NCBI RefSeq assembly: GCF_006345805.1
Contig: NC_042998.1
Coordinates: forward strand, 168,454,001 to 168,518,000
Direction of reading: 5' to 3'
Source of the DNA: Octopus sinensis
Lineage: Eukaryota
Length of the DNA: 64,000 nucleotides
Shown: one piece after another, positions 36,993-50,039 of the stretch
Numbering within the stretch: position 1 is the stretch's first letter
Layout: the number at the start of each line of letters is the position of its first letter
Position numbers and translations under genes: made by a program
Notes under the pieces: generated by a model
Database searches by the model: none
What the model was told of the DNA's origin: nothing
The model's input: the letters and a program-made list of their open reading frames with translations, nothing else

Positions 36993-37634
36993 CAGATGTA
37001 CAGTTATCCAGCCGGAACATATATATATATATACATATATATTCACGCGTGCGTGTACATCCACGAAGATATTTGCCTATATGCGTTCATACGTGCATTT
37101 TGCAGTGCCTTTAATGGCCTGTAGCTTAAATTTCCTGATTAGTTGCGATCTTTATGGTTTTGTGATCCTCAGCTTCTGAAGACTTGTGCGGAGGCAGTTA
37201 GTTACTTATCCAAGTGGCAATAATTATAGGCGTAAACCTAAATCTGTATTCCGGCTGGATAACTGTACATCTTTTATTAGTTCAACATGGATGTTTTCAC
37301 TACACTAATCATTAATATTATACTAACATCTTTCGGTTAGCTATTCTTGCACGCATACATGCATTATAATTTACTTAAAATCAGTTGCCCTTTAGATGTC
37401 AAGATGATGTTGAAAATTTCTCAAACAGGAATCATCTATGCGGAACTGACGAGAAATCTGAAGTTACATCATCTAAAATATAATTTTAGATTTCGCCCAA
37501 TAATTATTGGGGCACTTTACAGCACGACTAACGGCCTTAGAATCGATCCTGAAAAGCTGGGATTCACAAGATCAAAAAGAAAATTCTTAATTATTAGATT
37601 ACAGCTAAAACCTTTCAAACGTATGGACAAAATA

Positions 37635-38877
37635 TGAGGTCAAGTATGAAATTTGTAGAGGAGAAAAAGTTTGCTAATGTTTTATAAATACAAGGAATAG
37701 TTTTATTCATCAAAGTGTACGCCTATATTGTCAATACATTTTTGCCGTTTCAGCGGTAGCTTGTCCAGCCCAGAACTGTAGAAGCCTGGCAATCTAGAGT
37801 CAGTAAAATCTTGGAAGGCTTGTTTTACAGCATCGTGAGAATTATTTTTTTTTCCTATCAAAAAGTTATTCAAATTCTGGAAGAAGTGGTAGCCAGTGGG
37901 GGCAAGATCAGGTGAGTATGGTGGATGATGGAGAACTTCCAACTCCAACTCTTGTAGTTTTGCCAATGTCATTTTTACGATGTGTGGACTGGTGTTGTCT
38001 CGCGATAAAATAGGAGTGGATCTGTTGGCTAATCTAAGCTGTTTTTCTGTAAGTTTCTGCTTCATTTGGTCCAGTTGGCCGCAGCATACTTCGGCCGTGA
38101 TTGATGATCCTGGTTTAATGAAATCATAATGGATTACACTTGCGCCAGACCCCCAAACACACACCATCGGCTTCTTTTGATGAATTTTGCTTTTGGACTG
38201 TTTTGGTGGCTCGTCTTTGTTCAACCATTGTGCTGAACGTTTACGGTTGTTGTATTGGATCCATTTCTCATCACATGTTACAATTTGATTAAAAAATGAC
38301 GAGAAAGTAGCATAATGCAGGTTTCCAAACGTTGCTGTTTCTGATTTTCATTGAGTTCGTGTGGAACCCACTTATCCAACATTTTCACTTTACCGATTTG
38401 AACTAGATGAGTCAATATTGTTTGCTTGCTAACACCAAACGACAACGATAATTCACGGGCACTTTGAGATGGATCTGACTCGACGGTTGCTTTCAGTTTG
38501 TCATTATCCACCTTTGTTTATGGTCGACTGCGTGCTCATTGTTGAGGTCAAAGTTACCTGAACGAAATTTTGCAAACCAATTTGATAGTGTCTGCTGTGT
38601 AATAACATTAGAATGAAATACACCATTAATATTCCGAGCGGTCCGTGATGCTGTAAGAAAGAACAGTACGAATTTCCGGCTTATACATTTCTAAACAAAA
38701 ATAGCAAAAATGATTTATAAATACTTTATAAAGCGCAAAATGAGGTAGAATAAAGTAATAGTTGTGTCAGTTTTCTTACAAAAAATAAAGATTGTCAAAA
38801 TATAATAATGGCGCAAAATGAGTAGCTGTCAAAATTTATCATATACCTTACGACAAATTTCATACTTGACGACCTAA
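37635..38877 (-). mobile_element. Full-length decayed mariner (D,D34D) transposon
   Basis: TIR TTAGGTCGTCAAGTATGAAATTTGT (3-bp deletion in the left copy), TA on both flanks, length ~1.24 kb. Confidence 0.93.
37703..38684 (-). pseudogene. Mariner transposase relic, frameshifted
   Basis: WVPHEL, VTCDEKWI, RDNTSPH and HPPYSPDLAP motifs across ORFs 38278-38511 and 37703-38224. Confidence 0.92.
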
Positions 38878-38986
38878 TATTTGAAACATTTATGACGCTC
38901 AGTATATGTAATGACAAGAACAATAACTTCCATGCCAACACCTTTGCGTTCACATATGTATATGCACACATCTGTACTTGGATATA

Positions 38987-39645
38987 CGTGGTCTGATTAA
39001 TAATTATCCAGACTGTTGCTATAGTAACGAAGCTAAAGCACGCAGAGTGAAGCTGCTGAGCACAGTTTGACCTTGAACCCTGCTGTGCATGTCAACAAAG
39101 TTTAAACGTTCTAGCTCACTTCCGATGTTTACAGCTGTGCTTGGAAGGAAGGTGTGTAGCATGTGATTGTCACATTTACCATAACAGAGAAAGTTGAGCA
39201 GAGAATCCGCATCAAACTTTGCCAAAAGTTTAGTGATACCTGCTCAGAGGCTTACGCAAAGTTTTCAAAAAGTTTTCATCGTTCTCGACACAATCAGGTT
39301 GCAGGTCTCCCAGAACGTTCGTCAATATCGACATTTTTTCGGTCGTCTTGGAAGCGTCTGAAACACTCGTATACTTGTGTGCGGCTCATACTCTCCTCTC
39401 CATATACTTTCTGCAACTTTGCGTGGGCCTCTGAACAGGTGTCGCCACGACAACTTACTCTGTCATGGTCAATGCGACGATCACACACAACACACCTACC
39501 TTCCAAGCACTACTGTAAACAGCGGAAGGGAGCTAGAACGTTAAACTCGGTGCACATGCACAGTAGAGTTCAAGGTGAATCTGTATCAAGCAGCGTCACT
39601 GGGTGTTCTATAGCAACAATCCGGATACTTATTAGTCAGACCTTG
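38987..39645. mobile_element. Palindromic mariner derivative built from two 5' ends
   Basis: TIRs C.WGGTCTGA.TAATAA.TATCC.GA.TGTTGCTATAG with TA flanks. ~270-bp diverged inverted arms each contain the 5' UTR and transposase N-terminus. Confidence 0.85.
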
Positions 39646-39699
39646 TATATGCGAATGCTTATATATATATACATGCATACAGGTATGCATACATACATA

Positions 39700-39780
<81 letters not shown>

Positions 39781-39833
39781 TACATACATACAACATATAT
39801 ATATATATTATATATATATATATGTATACATAC

Positions 39834-39886
<53 letters not shown>

Positions 39887-40248
39887 TTCAGCAAAATTTA
39901 GATTCAAATGAATATGGTACTTAAGTCAGATGCACCAGAATTGTACGGTGTTATCCATATAAATCCATGGGGTGATTATAATCAAAATAAGCAACAAGAA
40001 TATCTTCGGTAATTTGGTACTATCGTTTCATGCTACATCATTTTATTAAACATTGTACGTATTACAACAGTTGTTCGGTGGATCTAAAAAAGCATTCAAA
40101 CAACCACCCTTCCTCCTTTAGGCTTAAACATAAGGCAGGTTGCACAACACTGTCCAGTAAAATGTGTAATACTTACAATGTTTAATAAAATGATGTAGCG
40201 TGAAACGATCGAACCAAATTACCGAAGATATTCTTGTTGCTTATTTTG

Positions 40249-40284
<36 letters not shown>

Positions 40285-40291
<7 letters not shown>

Positions 40292-40585
40292 ATCACGTGA
40301 CCGACCAGACCATCAGATGTTGCTACACATCGCTGGTCACAATGCGTTCGCATTGTTTTAGCCTTCGAACGACGCCACCCCGCTGGCTAAGCGAGCAGGC
40401 CAACAGAAGAAGAAAGTGGAGAAAGAGTGGTGAAAGAGTACAGCAGGGATCACCACCCCCTGCCAGAGCCTCGTGGAGCTTTTAGGTGTTTTCGCTCATA
40501 AAACACACACAACGCCCGGTCTGGGAATCGAAACCGCGATCCTCCGACCGCGAGTCCGCTGCCCTAACCACTGGGCCATTGCGCT
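40285..40585 (-). mobile_element. Young-looking tRNA(Arg-like)-derived SINE family C
   Basis: Minus: AGCGCAATGGCCCAGTGGTTAGGGCAGCGGACTCGCGGTCGGAGGATCGCGGTTTCGATTCCC; intact A/B boxes and CpGs. Confidence 0.8.
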
Positions 40586-40619
40586 ACACACACACACACA
40601 CACACACCACACACACACA

Positions 40620-40747
<128 letters not shown>

Positions 40748-40771
40748 TAATTATATATATATATATATATG

Positions 40772-40820
<49 letters not shown>

Positions 40821-40821
<1 letters not shown>

Positions 40822-42040
40822 GAGAAAGAAGCAACAAGAATGGATAGGTTTTTAGTACGATCGTTTCATACAAGGACAGGTTTTATTAAAAGTTGCAAAG
40901 ATTACAGCATATAAACGAGTCCCGTACTATCAGCTAAAATACATGTAAGTTCTCTAGACATCCTAGTGTTTGAGGCTATACTCATGAAGTAATGTAGATA
41001 ATTAAACAGATTTCTAAAGTTCATTAAAGTTCTTTAAAGATGATGTACAGTCTTATCACAGAATTTTAAAAAAGTTTTGATAGCATCACAGAGAAGGTGA
41101 CCTAATCCATATGAATTTCCATAGATATGATGAGGGATTATATACTCACAGAAGACAAATTTATCCATTGTTAATTACAACGAGGTGGGTCTCAATTCCT
41201 GCTTATTAGCATTACAGAGAGGGTGAATTAATCCTTGTATATATGCACAGATTCCAATGGTGTAGATGTAAATTTCTAGAGAAATGGAGATGAGTTTCAT
41301 ATTCACAGGCGATAAATTTTACAATGGTTGAACACAATGAGGTAGGTATCAATCCTTGTTATATGATTAGTTATTTGCCACATTATACATTACTGCTATT
41401 CACAAGAGGCTGTAGCTATTTAACTCTTAAAGGCTGAAGGGCTTACTAGATCGGCCAAGAATAGAGAAGGGAATAGAGAAGGCAAATAACTAATCATATA
41501 ACAAGGATTGATACCTACCTCATTGTGTTCAACCATTGTAAAATTTATCGCCTGTGAATATGAAACTCATCTCCATTTCTCTAGAAATTTACATCTACAC
41601 CATTGGAATCTGTGCATATATACAAAGGATTAATTCACCCTCTCTGTAATGCTAATAAGCAGGAATGAGACCCACCTCGTTGTAATTAACAATGGATAAA
41701 TTTGTCTTCTGTGAGTATATAATCCCTCATCATATCTATGGAAATTCATATGGATTAGGTCACCTTCTCTGTGATGCTATCAAAACTTTTTTAAAATTCT
41801 GTGTGATAAGACTGTACATCATCTTTAAGAACTTTAATGAACTTTAGAAATCTGTTTAATTATCTACATTACTTCATGAGTATAGCCTCAAACACTAGGA
41901 TGTCTAGAGAACTTACATGTATTTTAGCTGATGAGTACGGGACTCGTTTATATGCTGTAATCTTTGCAACTTTTAATAAAACTGTCCTTGTATGAAACGA
42001 TCGTACTAAAAACCTATCCATTCTTGTTGCTTCTTTCTCG
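40821..42040. repeat. Near-perfect ~560-bp inverted repeat with a 101-bp spacer
   Basis: 40821-41379 versus 41481-42040; differences seen are six 1-2-bp indels and no substitutions. Confidence 0.95.
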
Positions 42041-42158
42041 CTTATAATCACCCCCACATTACTGTATTGTTAAATCAGTATAGTTTTTTTTGGTGCATCT
42101 AAGTTAGGTACCATATTCAAGTAAATTTTTTAAATTAACTTGAATCTTTATTGCTCTT

Positions 42159-42223
<65 letters not shown>

Positions 42224-42279
42224 ATACCGCTAGCAATTTTTTTCCTCTGTCTTCCTTCTCGGTATCTTTCCTTCTCCTT

Positions 42280-42314
42280 GTTTCCGACGAAGAGCTCCGC
42301 TCGAAACGTTAAAC
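42280..42314 (+). ncRNA. Minimal type I hammerhead ribozyme motif (U4->C variant) in a ~190-bp repeat between (AT)n tracts
   Basis: GTTT-CCGACGA-A-GAGC-TCC-GCTC-GAAAC-GT-T-AAAC: 4-bp stem I, 4-bp stem II, palindromic ACGT stem III. Confidence 0.6.
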
Positions 42315-42411
42315 CCTCCTTCCCTTCTTTCCTGAGCGTCCAATAATACTTTATTTGTTCCACGTCCTCGCGTCACTGTGTTTTTTTTTGTGTTTTCTTG
42401 TTTGGATTAAC

Positions 42412-42450
<39 letters not shown>

Positions 42451-42832
42451 TTCGTAATGTCTTAGTACCAATGAACGGTTCCTGTCTGTCGGCTAGAAAG
42501 TAGCTCTTTCTCTATTGATGAGAAATTCAAAAGACACATCGAACATTGAACATACATACACACATACACATGCGCATGCATATGTATGCATGCACGTATG
42601 TATACATGTATGTGTATACACACATATTTTATGCTTATTGTATTATATATTGGATTTATGAAGTGCTTTCCTTTCTAACCAATTGCAGTTTTACTATTTA
42701 TTCAGATAACTGAACATTATGCTATCGAGGTTCCTACTTGAAGTGTTAATGAAGTTAAAGCTAGATTATAATTATCTTCTCGAATTAAATACATACATAC
42801 ATGCATAATACATACATACATACATACATACA

Positions 42833-42864
<32 letters not shown>

Positions 42865-43729
42865 AATGTATGTATGTGTATATATATATATATATGTATG
42901 TATGCATGTATAGATAGATAAATAGATAGATAGATATGAAATGGATATATGTCTGGGAGGCTGAATAGATTGTTGGCAGCAATGGTGCATGCGACATTTG
43001 AAATTTGAAAAGGTAGCACACTCTGAGACTTGAATGTGTAATAGTCTAGATAAGCTGTTGATATAATGCAGAAAGTTGCCGACATCTATCTTTATGTTGA
43101 ATTAACTGAATGAAGCCAATGAAATGTTGTAGATCCGTTAATACTAAGTAGTTGTTGCCTGTCTGTATAGTAATACCAGAAGAGCTCTATAGTTTATGAA
43201 ATAACAATTTATTACACTTTCTGACGATTTTCGTGCAGTCTTTATTTTTTATTTGCTGGATTGGATTGTTAGATAAGAGCACATCTCACATGGGGAAAGC
43301 ATGGCTGTTTTAGCCAGTTTAGGTTTGATATCAAATGACATAAAATAATCAAAAATAATAATAGACGACCGCCACTGCCACCAGTAAAACATGAACGTTG
43401 AAATCGCGGAAGCCTTGGAATTAGTCACGAATTTCCATTCTGCACAAACGCTGAGAAGACTCCAGATACTGATGGTAGTTTAAAATGATTGCTCTAATGG
43501 AGCGAGTTCTATTATATATATTATTTTTTGGTATTTCATGAGACTTCGCATTTGTTTAAGGCTATGTTGGAAATGAATTACTGAGGCTCGTGAAGATTAT
43601 TGATTTCGATAACAGTGTTCATTTTATATTTATTTATTTATTTATTTTTTGTCAGTTAAAATATGATTTTCGTCCAAATGCAAACAAAGATTAAGCTAGT
43701 CGAAGATCCATTTGGAATATGATAATAAT

Positions 43730-43955
43730 TATTTCTTTTTACTCTAAGCACAAGGCCTAAAATTTGGCGGGATGGGTTAGTTGATTTACATCGACGCCAG
43801 TGCTCAACTGCTATTTATTTTACCAACTCTGAAAGGATGAAAGGCAAAGTCGAACTCGGCGATATATGAACTTTAGAATGTAATATAAATACGGAAGAAA
43901 TACTGACTAAATATTTTGTCCGGCGTGCTAACGATTCTGCCAGCACACCGCCTTT
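43730..43955 (-). mobile_element. SINE family A
   Basis: GAAAGGATGAAAGGCAAAGTCGA...CGGCGTGCTAACGATTCTGCCAGC. Confidence 0.85.
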
Positions 43956-44029
43956 AGGTAGCAACAATTAATAAGAAACTGATAACAACAATAGTGAGCG
44001 AAATACCACCCAGAAGTAACCAAGAAACT

Positions 44030-46005
44030 CCACGGATCTGGCTTCAACCCGACCGCCAACGGCAGTGCTGAGAGGTGCCCCTCTCTTATCTGATCTCTAC
44101 ATCCGACGATCGCATACTCAGAACAGGCGCGCTCACTGAGCCACCCTCAACACTTTAACCCAGCTTTCAACAAATCTACTGAGGGTTGGCATCTCTCTCT
44201 CTCAAATCTCACCTTCCTCTTCATATGAGACTTTAAAAAGTTGAGGGTTTGACTGAGGAAGAAAGTGTCTGTCTTCAGTCCTTCCAGTCTCACCCATCAC
44301 ACAACCTCTTTCGCTATAGTCACCAAGCGGAGAAACACTGCCTACACTTAGCAGCCAAATGAAAACAGAGGGGTGATCTTCACAATGGAATCGGCCAATA
44401 GCCATATCTGTTACACACGTGACAGAAGCGGTTCATCATTACTGTTGGACGAGTAAATGCAAAATAGTTATCAGTCTGCGCACACGCCTAGTGGGCACAG
44501 CTTACAGCACTGCGATGCTTATAAAATTTGTGAACCGGCAGTGCCCTTCTATAGCGCTGTCAGACCATGAATTTCTGGAAATTATCCATAGGCTCTGGAC
44601 TGAAAGTTTTCTAGATTTGATGGACGTTGAGTATCGTCGACGCCCAGTGCCTTCCCAAAAACATCGTCACACTTGCTCGTCAATAACCCCTATAGTATGC
44701 CAAGCTAGACTCCTACCGACTACATTGTCTGACTGGTAAGAGGGTTGCAAACGCTTGATGACACTCTAGCTGCTATACACCTGCTTCGGAACAGCATCTC
44801 TGTCAAAGAGACGAGTGGTTGAAAAGTGAGTGCGACAAACGGTAGACCAAGAATTATGCAAAAATGATGCAGCCTCAACGCATGTACGCGCATTATAAGC
44901 CACGACATTACCAGTCCTTTCATGCTACTGATTTTTGCTAGCAAACGAATCGTCTAACCAACGAAACACGTGTCCTCTACAGAAAGTGGTAGTGCGTGCG
45001 CTCCAATCTGGTCAGCCACGCAGAAAGGCAAAGCACGACAATCAGGTGGCAGTAGATGATGGATGCAGTTAGGACGATCGCCACATCCACTCTACCACTC
45101 AGAGATAACGTTCTCTTGGCCTATTTCTGAGTAAAATTGGTCACTGCTCACCACCTTGTCCCAGTTGGGTGACATAGATCTATTTTCCCAGCTGCCAAAC
45201 TGCGGGCCTACAAAATTGTCTTCGTACTCCGTCAGAGCAGAGCAGTACCGATCATCATTATTACGGTGACACCATCCGAGTATGCTGACAGTAGTTTCCC
45301 ACATTCTACGTCACGTGGAATGCCCATCAAAACTTCTAACGTTCGCATTAGTGGCGAGAGAATGACACCCTTGATGGACCACACGTATGATACTAAATCT
45401 TTCCAATAGTGATAATTTACTGCGACCACCGAACAGGTGACGGTGTACATTGCTGAGACTTCTCAAGACGGGTCTGTGGCTAGCCGCCTTCAGAACAGTC
45501 TCCAAGTTCTGGTGATAGACTCTATTGAATGATCTCGGTTGATCTAAATTAATTAAAACCAGGTTCCTTACCCTCACTTTCTATGATATATCGTTTGTGG
45601 CGGAGGTTGTGTGTATAGATTGGTTGATGATGGTGCATACTTGTGCCTAATCTACCAGATTATTGACGGCAAGCATCAATCTTACCTAAAACTTAAAGCC
45701 AAAATCTTGCACTCTGAATTTCGCAGAGTTTTGGGCCTGAAGCTATTAAAACCACATCCTTTGTCCGGCTATTTTCTCAGCTGCTCCATAACAACATGTT
45801 TCGCAGAACTGGGAATTCTCCCGTTCTGCTGCCAGATGCTTTAGACAAGAGGTCTCCGAACAAGTGTTGCATTTGAAAATAAAGCTCGTAGGGCAGTACA
45901 TCCAGCCTCGACGATTTTTTCCTCGTGCAGCAAGGTTTATTTTATCAGCTGTTATCGGCCTTTCGTAGAGATAAGCATCAATATCAGGGAGCAACTGCAA
46001 GTCCA
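44030..46005 (-). mobile_element. Tx1/L1-clade LINE 3' ~2 kb (RT to 3' UTR), decayed
   Basis: LINLDQPRSFNRVYHQNLETVLKAA...RVVHQGC (RT), a GLDGLPYEL-like motif near 45900, and the shared C-terminus at 44200-44400. Confidence 0.8.
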
Positions 46006-46007
46006 TA

Positions 46008-46022
46008 AGGTGTAGTAGTAGT

Positions 46023-46071
<49 letters not shown>

Positions 46072-46105
46072 TGTTGTAGTAGTAGTAGTAGTAGTAGTAG
46101 TAGTT

Positions 46106-46146
<41 letters not shown>

Positions 46147-46196
46147 TGTAGTAGTAGTAGCAGCTGGTGCTGTTGTTGCTGCTACTACTACTACTG
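46008..46196. repeat. (AGT)n microsatellite
   Basis: Direct reading; source of the poly-T/Y ORFs. Confidence 0.97.
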
Positions 46197-46641
46197 TTTT
46201 TTGCTGTAAAAGAAATGGAGCAATTATTTGAACTTTCAACTATCAAGTTTCAACGCATGTAAAAAGTTTTTCTCCTTGTCCACGTGTAAAGGCGATGGAC
46301 CTTGTAAAAGGTGATAGACCTTGACAGGAGATAGGCCAGTCTTTATGGGTTACCTTTTATCCCTGCCTTCAGTTTGCTGGCCTATGTTTGTAAAAGAAAA
46401 AAAAAATGCCAAATGTGTTCTTCAAAGCAAAATTTGAAAAGTCTTCTAGCAAATTCAAACTCCAAAGGAGCAAGAAGTAAAATAACCAACCGGTAACATG
46501 GGTTCTGATTGTCTTCAACAAACGTTACATAACAAAATTTTAACAATTTGCAATTCTCGAGCATATAACCAGACAAACAAGCTAAATCACAATGCAACGG
46601 GTGTCATACTGATACGAATAATACCAGGCAGATATGAATAA

Positions 46642-47128
46642 TACCAGGCAGTGGCTCTAATGGTTTCTCGTCTTAACTGACTGGAAGTGTTATCATGTAC
46701 ATTGTTTTGTCTTTGCATAAAACATGGGCTACAGTAAGTATTCTGCTCAACACCACAGATTTGTTTGTTAGTTGTTTTACCATAGCAAGTTGAGCATGTC
46801 TCTTGGTGGCTGACGATATGTGCATCTCTGATCACGAGCAAAAGTAAGTGGGGGAGTATCATAGCCGTGCGTTGAGAGGAAATCTTTGGGGTTTGAATAA
46901 GTCACCTCTGGAAACATGATTGCTTCGTTCATCATCCTGAAACAACTCTTTTTCAGGGACCTTTTGAGCGGGATGGGCTACTCAACCCGAAGAAAATTCT
47001 AACTGGGTCCCACCTGCAAGGTCATGTGTCTGGTATACCCTTCTCAGATGGGTAGTAATAATGGGTATATTAGGCTTCGTATAATTGTACCCCAGTGTCA
47101 CTTTGATGGCATGTGCTGCTCTCTCACT
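46642..47128 (+). mobile_element. Element X copy 5 (internal deletion between two CATGTG motifs)
   Basis: Homologous to copy 1; the 3' end CTCTCTCACTGA runs into (TGA)n. Confidence 0.85.
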
Positions 47129-47176
47129 GAATGATGATGATGATGAGGATGATGATGATGATGAGGATGATGATAA

Positions 47177-47775
47177 GGAAATATATATGGCTAAGAAGGA
47201 ATATATTTACAGACACGACAGAGTTGGGACCTATATACACTAGAAAGTATGGAATAACAACAGAAAAAAGATGGAATAGGCAGACCAGAAAAGGTCATAG
47301 AAAAAGCAGTCATACTCTAGGATATGTCAAAGCACACAGAGAGAAATTAAGGCCAATTGGCCGGATATAGTTGTCAGAGATCACCAAGAAAAACAAATGC
47401 TTTTTAATCGATATATCAATACAAACAGATGACAACGTTTCTCTAAAAGAAATGGAGAAACTTTCAAAATACAAAGATCTGGGAATAGAGGTAACTCGAA
47501 TGTGGAGTCTAAAAACAGAAACAATTCCTATCATAGTAGGTGCATTATGTAAGATAAAAAAATATTCAGACAAATACATAACAAAAATACCAGGACTATC
47601 AAGTGTGTATAGCATACAGAAAATAGCATTACTAGGCACCGCACACAAACTACGTAAAACACTTTCAATACAGTAAAAATAAGAGCATCGCAACAAACCA
47701 CAGCACATACCCAAGGTGCACAGAACTGTGCTCGGTAGTGCAGTGAAAGCATGTGGTAAAAACAAGAGTACTGAA
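47177..47775 (+). mobile_element. 5'-truncated R4/Dong-clade LINE: restriction-like endonuclease plus 3' UTR
   Basis: EIKANWPDIVVRD...LIDISIQTDDNVSLKEMEKLSKYKDL..EVTRMW...IPIIVGAL...IQKIALLGTAHKLRKTL; begins in (ATG)n and ends at AATAATAAT. Confidence 0.88.
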
Positions 47776-47789
47776 TAATAATTATAAAT

Positions 47790-47918
47790 GGGCATAGGCG
47801 CAGGAGTGGCTGTGTGGCAAGTAGTTTGCTTACCAACCACATGGTTCCGGGTTCAGTCCCACTGCCTGACACCTTGGGCAAGTGGATTTGGTAGACGGAA
47901 ACTGAAAGAAGCCCGTCG

Positions 47919-47956
<38 letters not shown>

Positions 47957-48165
47957 TGTATGTGTGTGTGTGTGTTTGTGTGTCTGTGTTTGTCTCCCCC
48001 AAAATCGCTTGACAACCGATGTAGGTGTGTTTACGTCCCCGTAACTTAGCGATAGAATAAGTACTAGACTTACAAAGAATAAGTCCTGGGGTTGATTTGC
48101 TTGACTAAAGGTGGTGCTCCAGCATGGCCCCAGTCAAATGACTGAAACAAGTAAAAGAGAGTAAA
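47790..48165 (+). mobile_element. SINE family B
   Basis: GGCGCAGGAGTGGCTGTGTGG...GGTTCCGGGTTCAGTCCC head, central microsatellite, tail ending AAAAGAGAGTAAAAGAG. Confidence 0.85.
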
Positions 48166-48169
48166 AGAG

Positions 48170-49800
48170 AGAACTTAACAGAACAGAGTATGATTAAAAA
48201 ATTGATAAGCAAAGACTCTATGGCAAAGACAATGATAATCTTGAAGGCCTATTACGTACTGCATAAGCATTATGTGATGATACCGGGAAGGAGTTTGGTC
48301 TTCATAAATGTGACAAAGCCACTTTCAAATAAGGGAAATTGATAAATTTAAATTCAGTCGTTTTAGCTGTTGAAACAATTATAAAAGAACTTGAGTAGGA
48401 ACAAACCTATAAATACCTAGGAATAAATGAAAACACTGGCATTCAACAAAGTCAGGATGAAATGTTATAGAAATCTGAACGAGTTGCCCGTAACAAGGTG
48501 TTAACCATAAATTCCTTAGCATTTCCAATTGTTGCTTATGGCTTCGATTTGTTGAACTGTAATATCAGGGAAATTAAGAAAATTGATAGAAAAATTCGTA
48601 ATCTGCTAATTTGTAAATAAGATGTACAAACCTAAGATAAACGTGGATCATTTTTACCTTCTCTGAGCCTAAGGAGGTCGAGGTTGGATCCAATTTGAAA
48701 TGTCTTACTAAACCACCACAATGGGACTGGTCAAGTACCTTGAAACAACGAAGAAGTGGATGCTAAAACTCGCTGAAAATCACGAGAGGTATAAGAAGCT
48801 TTATTCTATCTTGAATGAGAGCAAAAACATTTGCAATTGATTTCATGAATAATGCCCAAGCTGAAACCAGAGGGAAATGAGGAAACTGTTGTTACAAAGA
48901 CAGTAAAATTAATGACAAAGTAAAAAGCACCAGAACAAGTGGCAGGTAAGTGGGAGCAGAAACCTCTGTATGGTAATATGCGATCCGTAACAAACTAGCT
49001 GACATCGACTAGAAGCACACCCATCAGTGGCTACGATGCTCAGGGCTAAAGGCAGAAAGAGAAGGCTTCATCATAGTTGCTCAAGATCAAAGCTTATTGA
49101 CTCGGTACTACCAAGTCAATGTGATGAAAAATGGAATATATCCAAACTGCCGTTTCTGCAATGAAGGGATCAAAACAGTGGATCACTTAATCTCTGGATT
49201 TAAAGTTTTAGAACCAGAAGAGCATAAATGAAGACAAGGCAGAGTTGGCCAGTAACTACACTTGTTATTATGTCGGCATTATAAAATTAAAACTGAACCC
49301 TGAGGATGTAACTGAACGAGAAAATGTAACTATTTTTGGGTATCTCCAGTAAATACAGATAAAACCATCAATGCTGATATTGTTTTTAAAAGGCCAAATT
49401 CATGAGGTCTGTTTATTGATCATACCTAGTGATCATACCTAGTGATCATAGCATTGCGGCAAAAAAAAAAAAAGATTGACAAGCTCAGAAAATATAAAGA
49501 TTTGCTCTTTGAATTCAAATAAATATGTGACATCTCAAGGCGATTATAATAGGATTACAATTGTAGGATCACTAGGTATTATTAAACTGAAAATTATTTG
49601 AGAATGATCCCTCGTTTACTATCTCTGCAAGAAGGACAAAAGATTGTTTTAACTGGTACGTCACGAATATTGAAAAGAGCATTTTCGATGTGGGAACTAT
49701 TACCTTTCATATTTTAATAACCTATCAATCTATACACTGAGTTTCTTTGCCCTACTTGTCGAGAAGACACTTGGCAAGAAACAAAATTGAAGAAAGAAGA
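48170..49800 (+). mobile_element. Decayed R4/Dong-clade LINE (RT C-terminus, CCHC, RLE)
   Basis: KLYGKD...CDD.GKEFGLHKC, TYKYLGINE, HQWLRCSGLKAE.EGFIIVAQDQSL, CRFCN...VDHLISG, KLRKYKDL, VGSLG, LTGTSRILKR. Confidence 0.88.
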
Positions 49801-50039
49801 AAAACATCTCCGAAAAGATGAAGGCGAAATTCGACTCAGTGACATTTGAACTAAAGACGTAAAGCTGGAAGAAACACCGCTACACATTTGTCAGCTCGAT
49901 TCTGCCAGCTCGTCACTTTAGTAATACTAACAACAACAAGAATCGCACCCCATCCACCAATACTTTGACGTGCTAGATTTATAAATAAAAAAAAGAAAAT
50001 CTTACAGGCGTAGTTGTCTGTTGGTATAACAGTAGATAA

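Noticed and set aside
39163-39885. 240-aa ORF
   Set aside because: It reads through the palindromic mariner derivative into (AT)n; chimeric and not a gene.
40510-40585. Functional tRNA-Arg gene
   Set aside because: No acceptor-stem closure or terminator, and it continues into a SINE body; likewise for the other tRNA-like heads.
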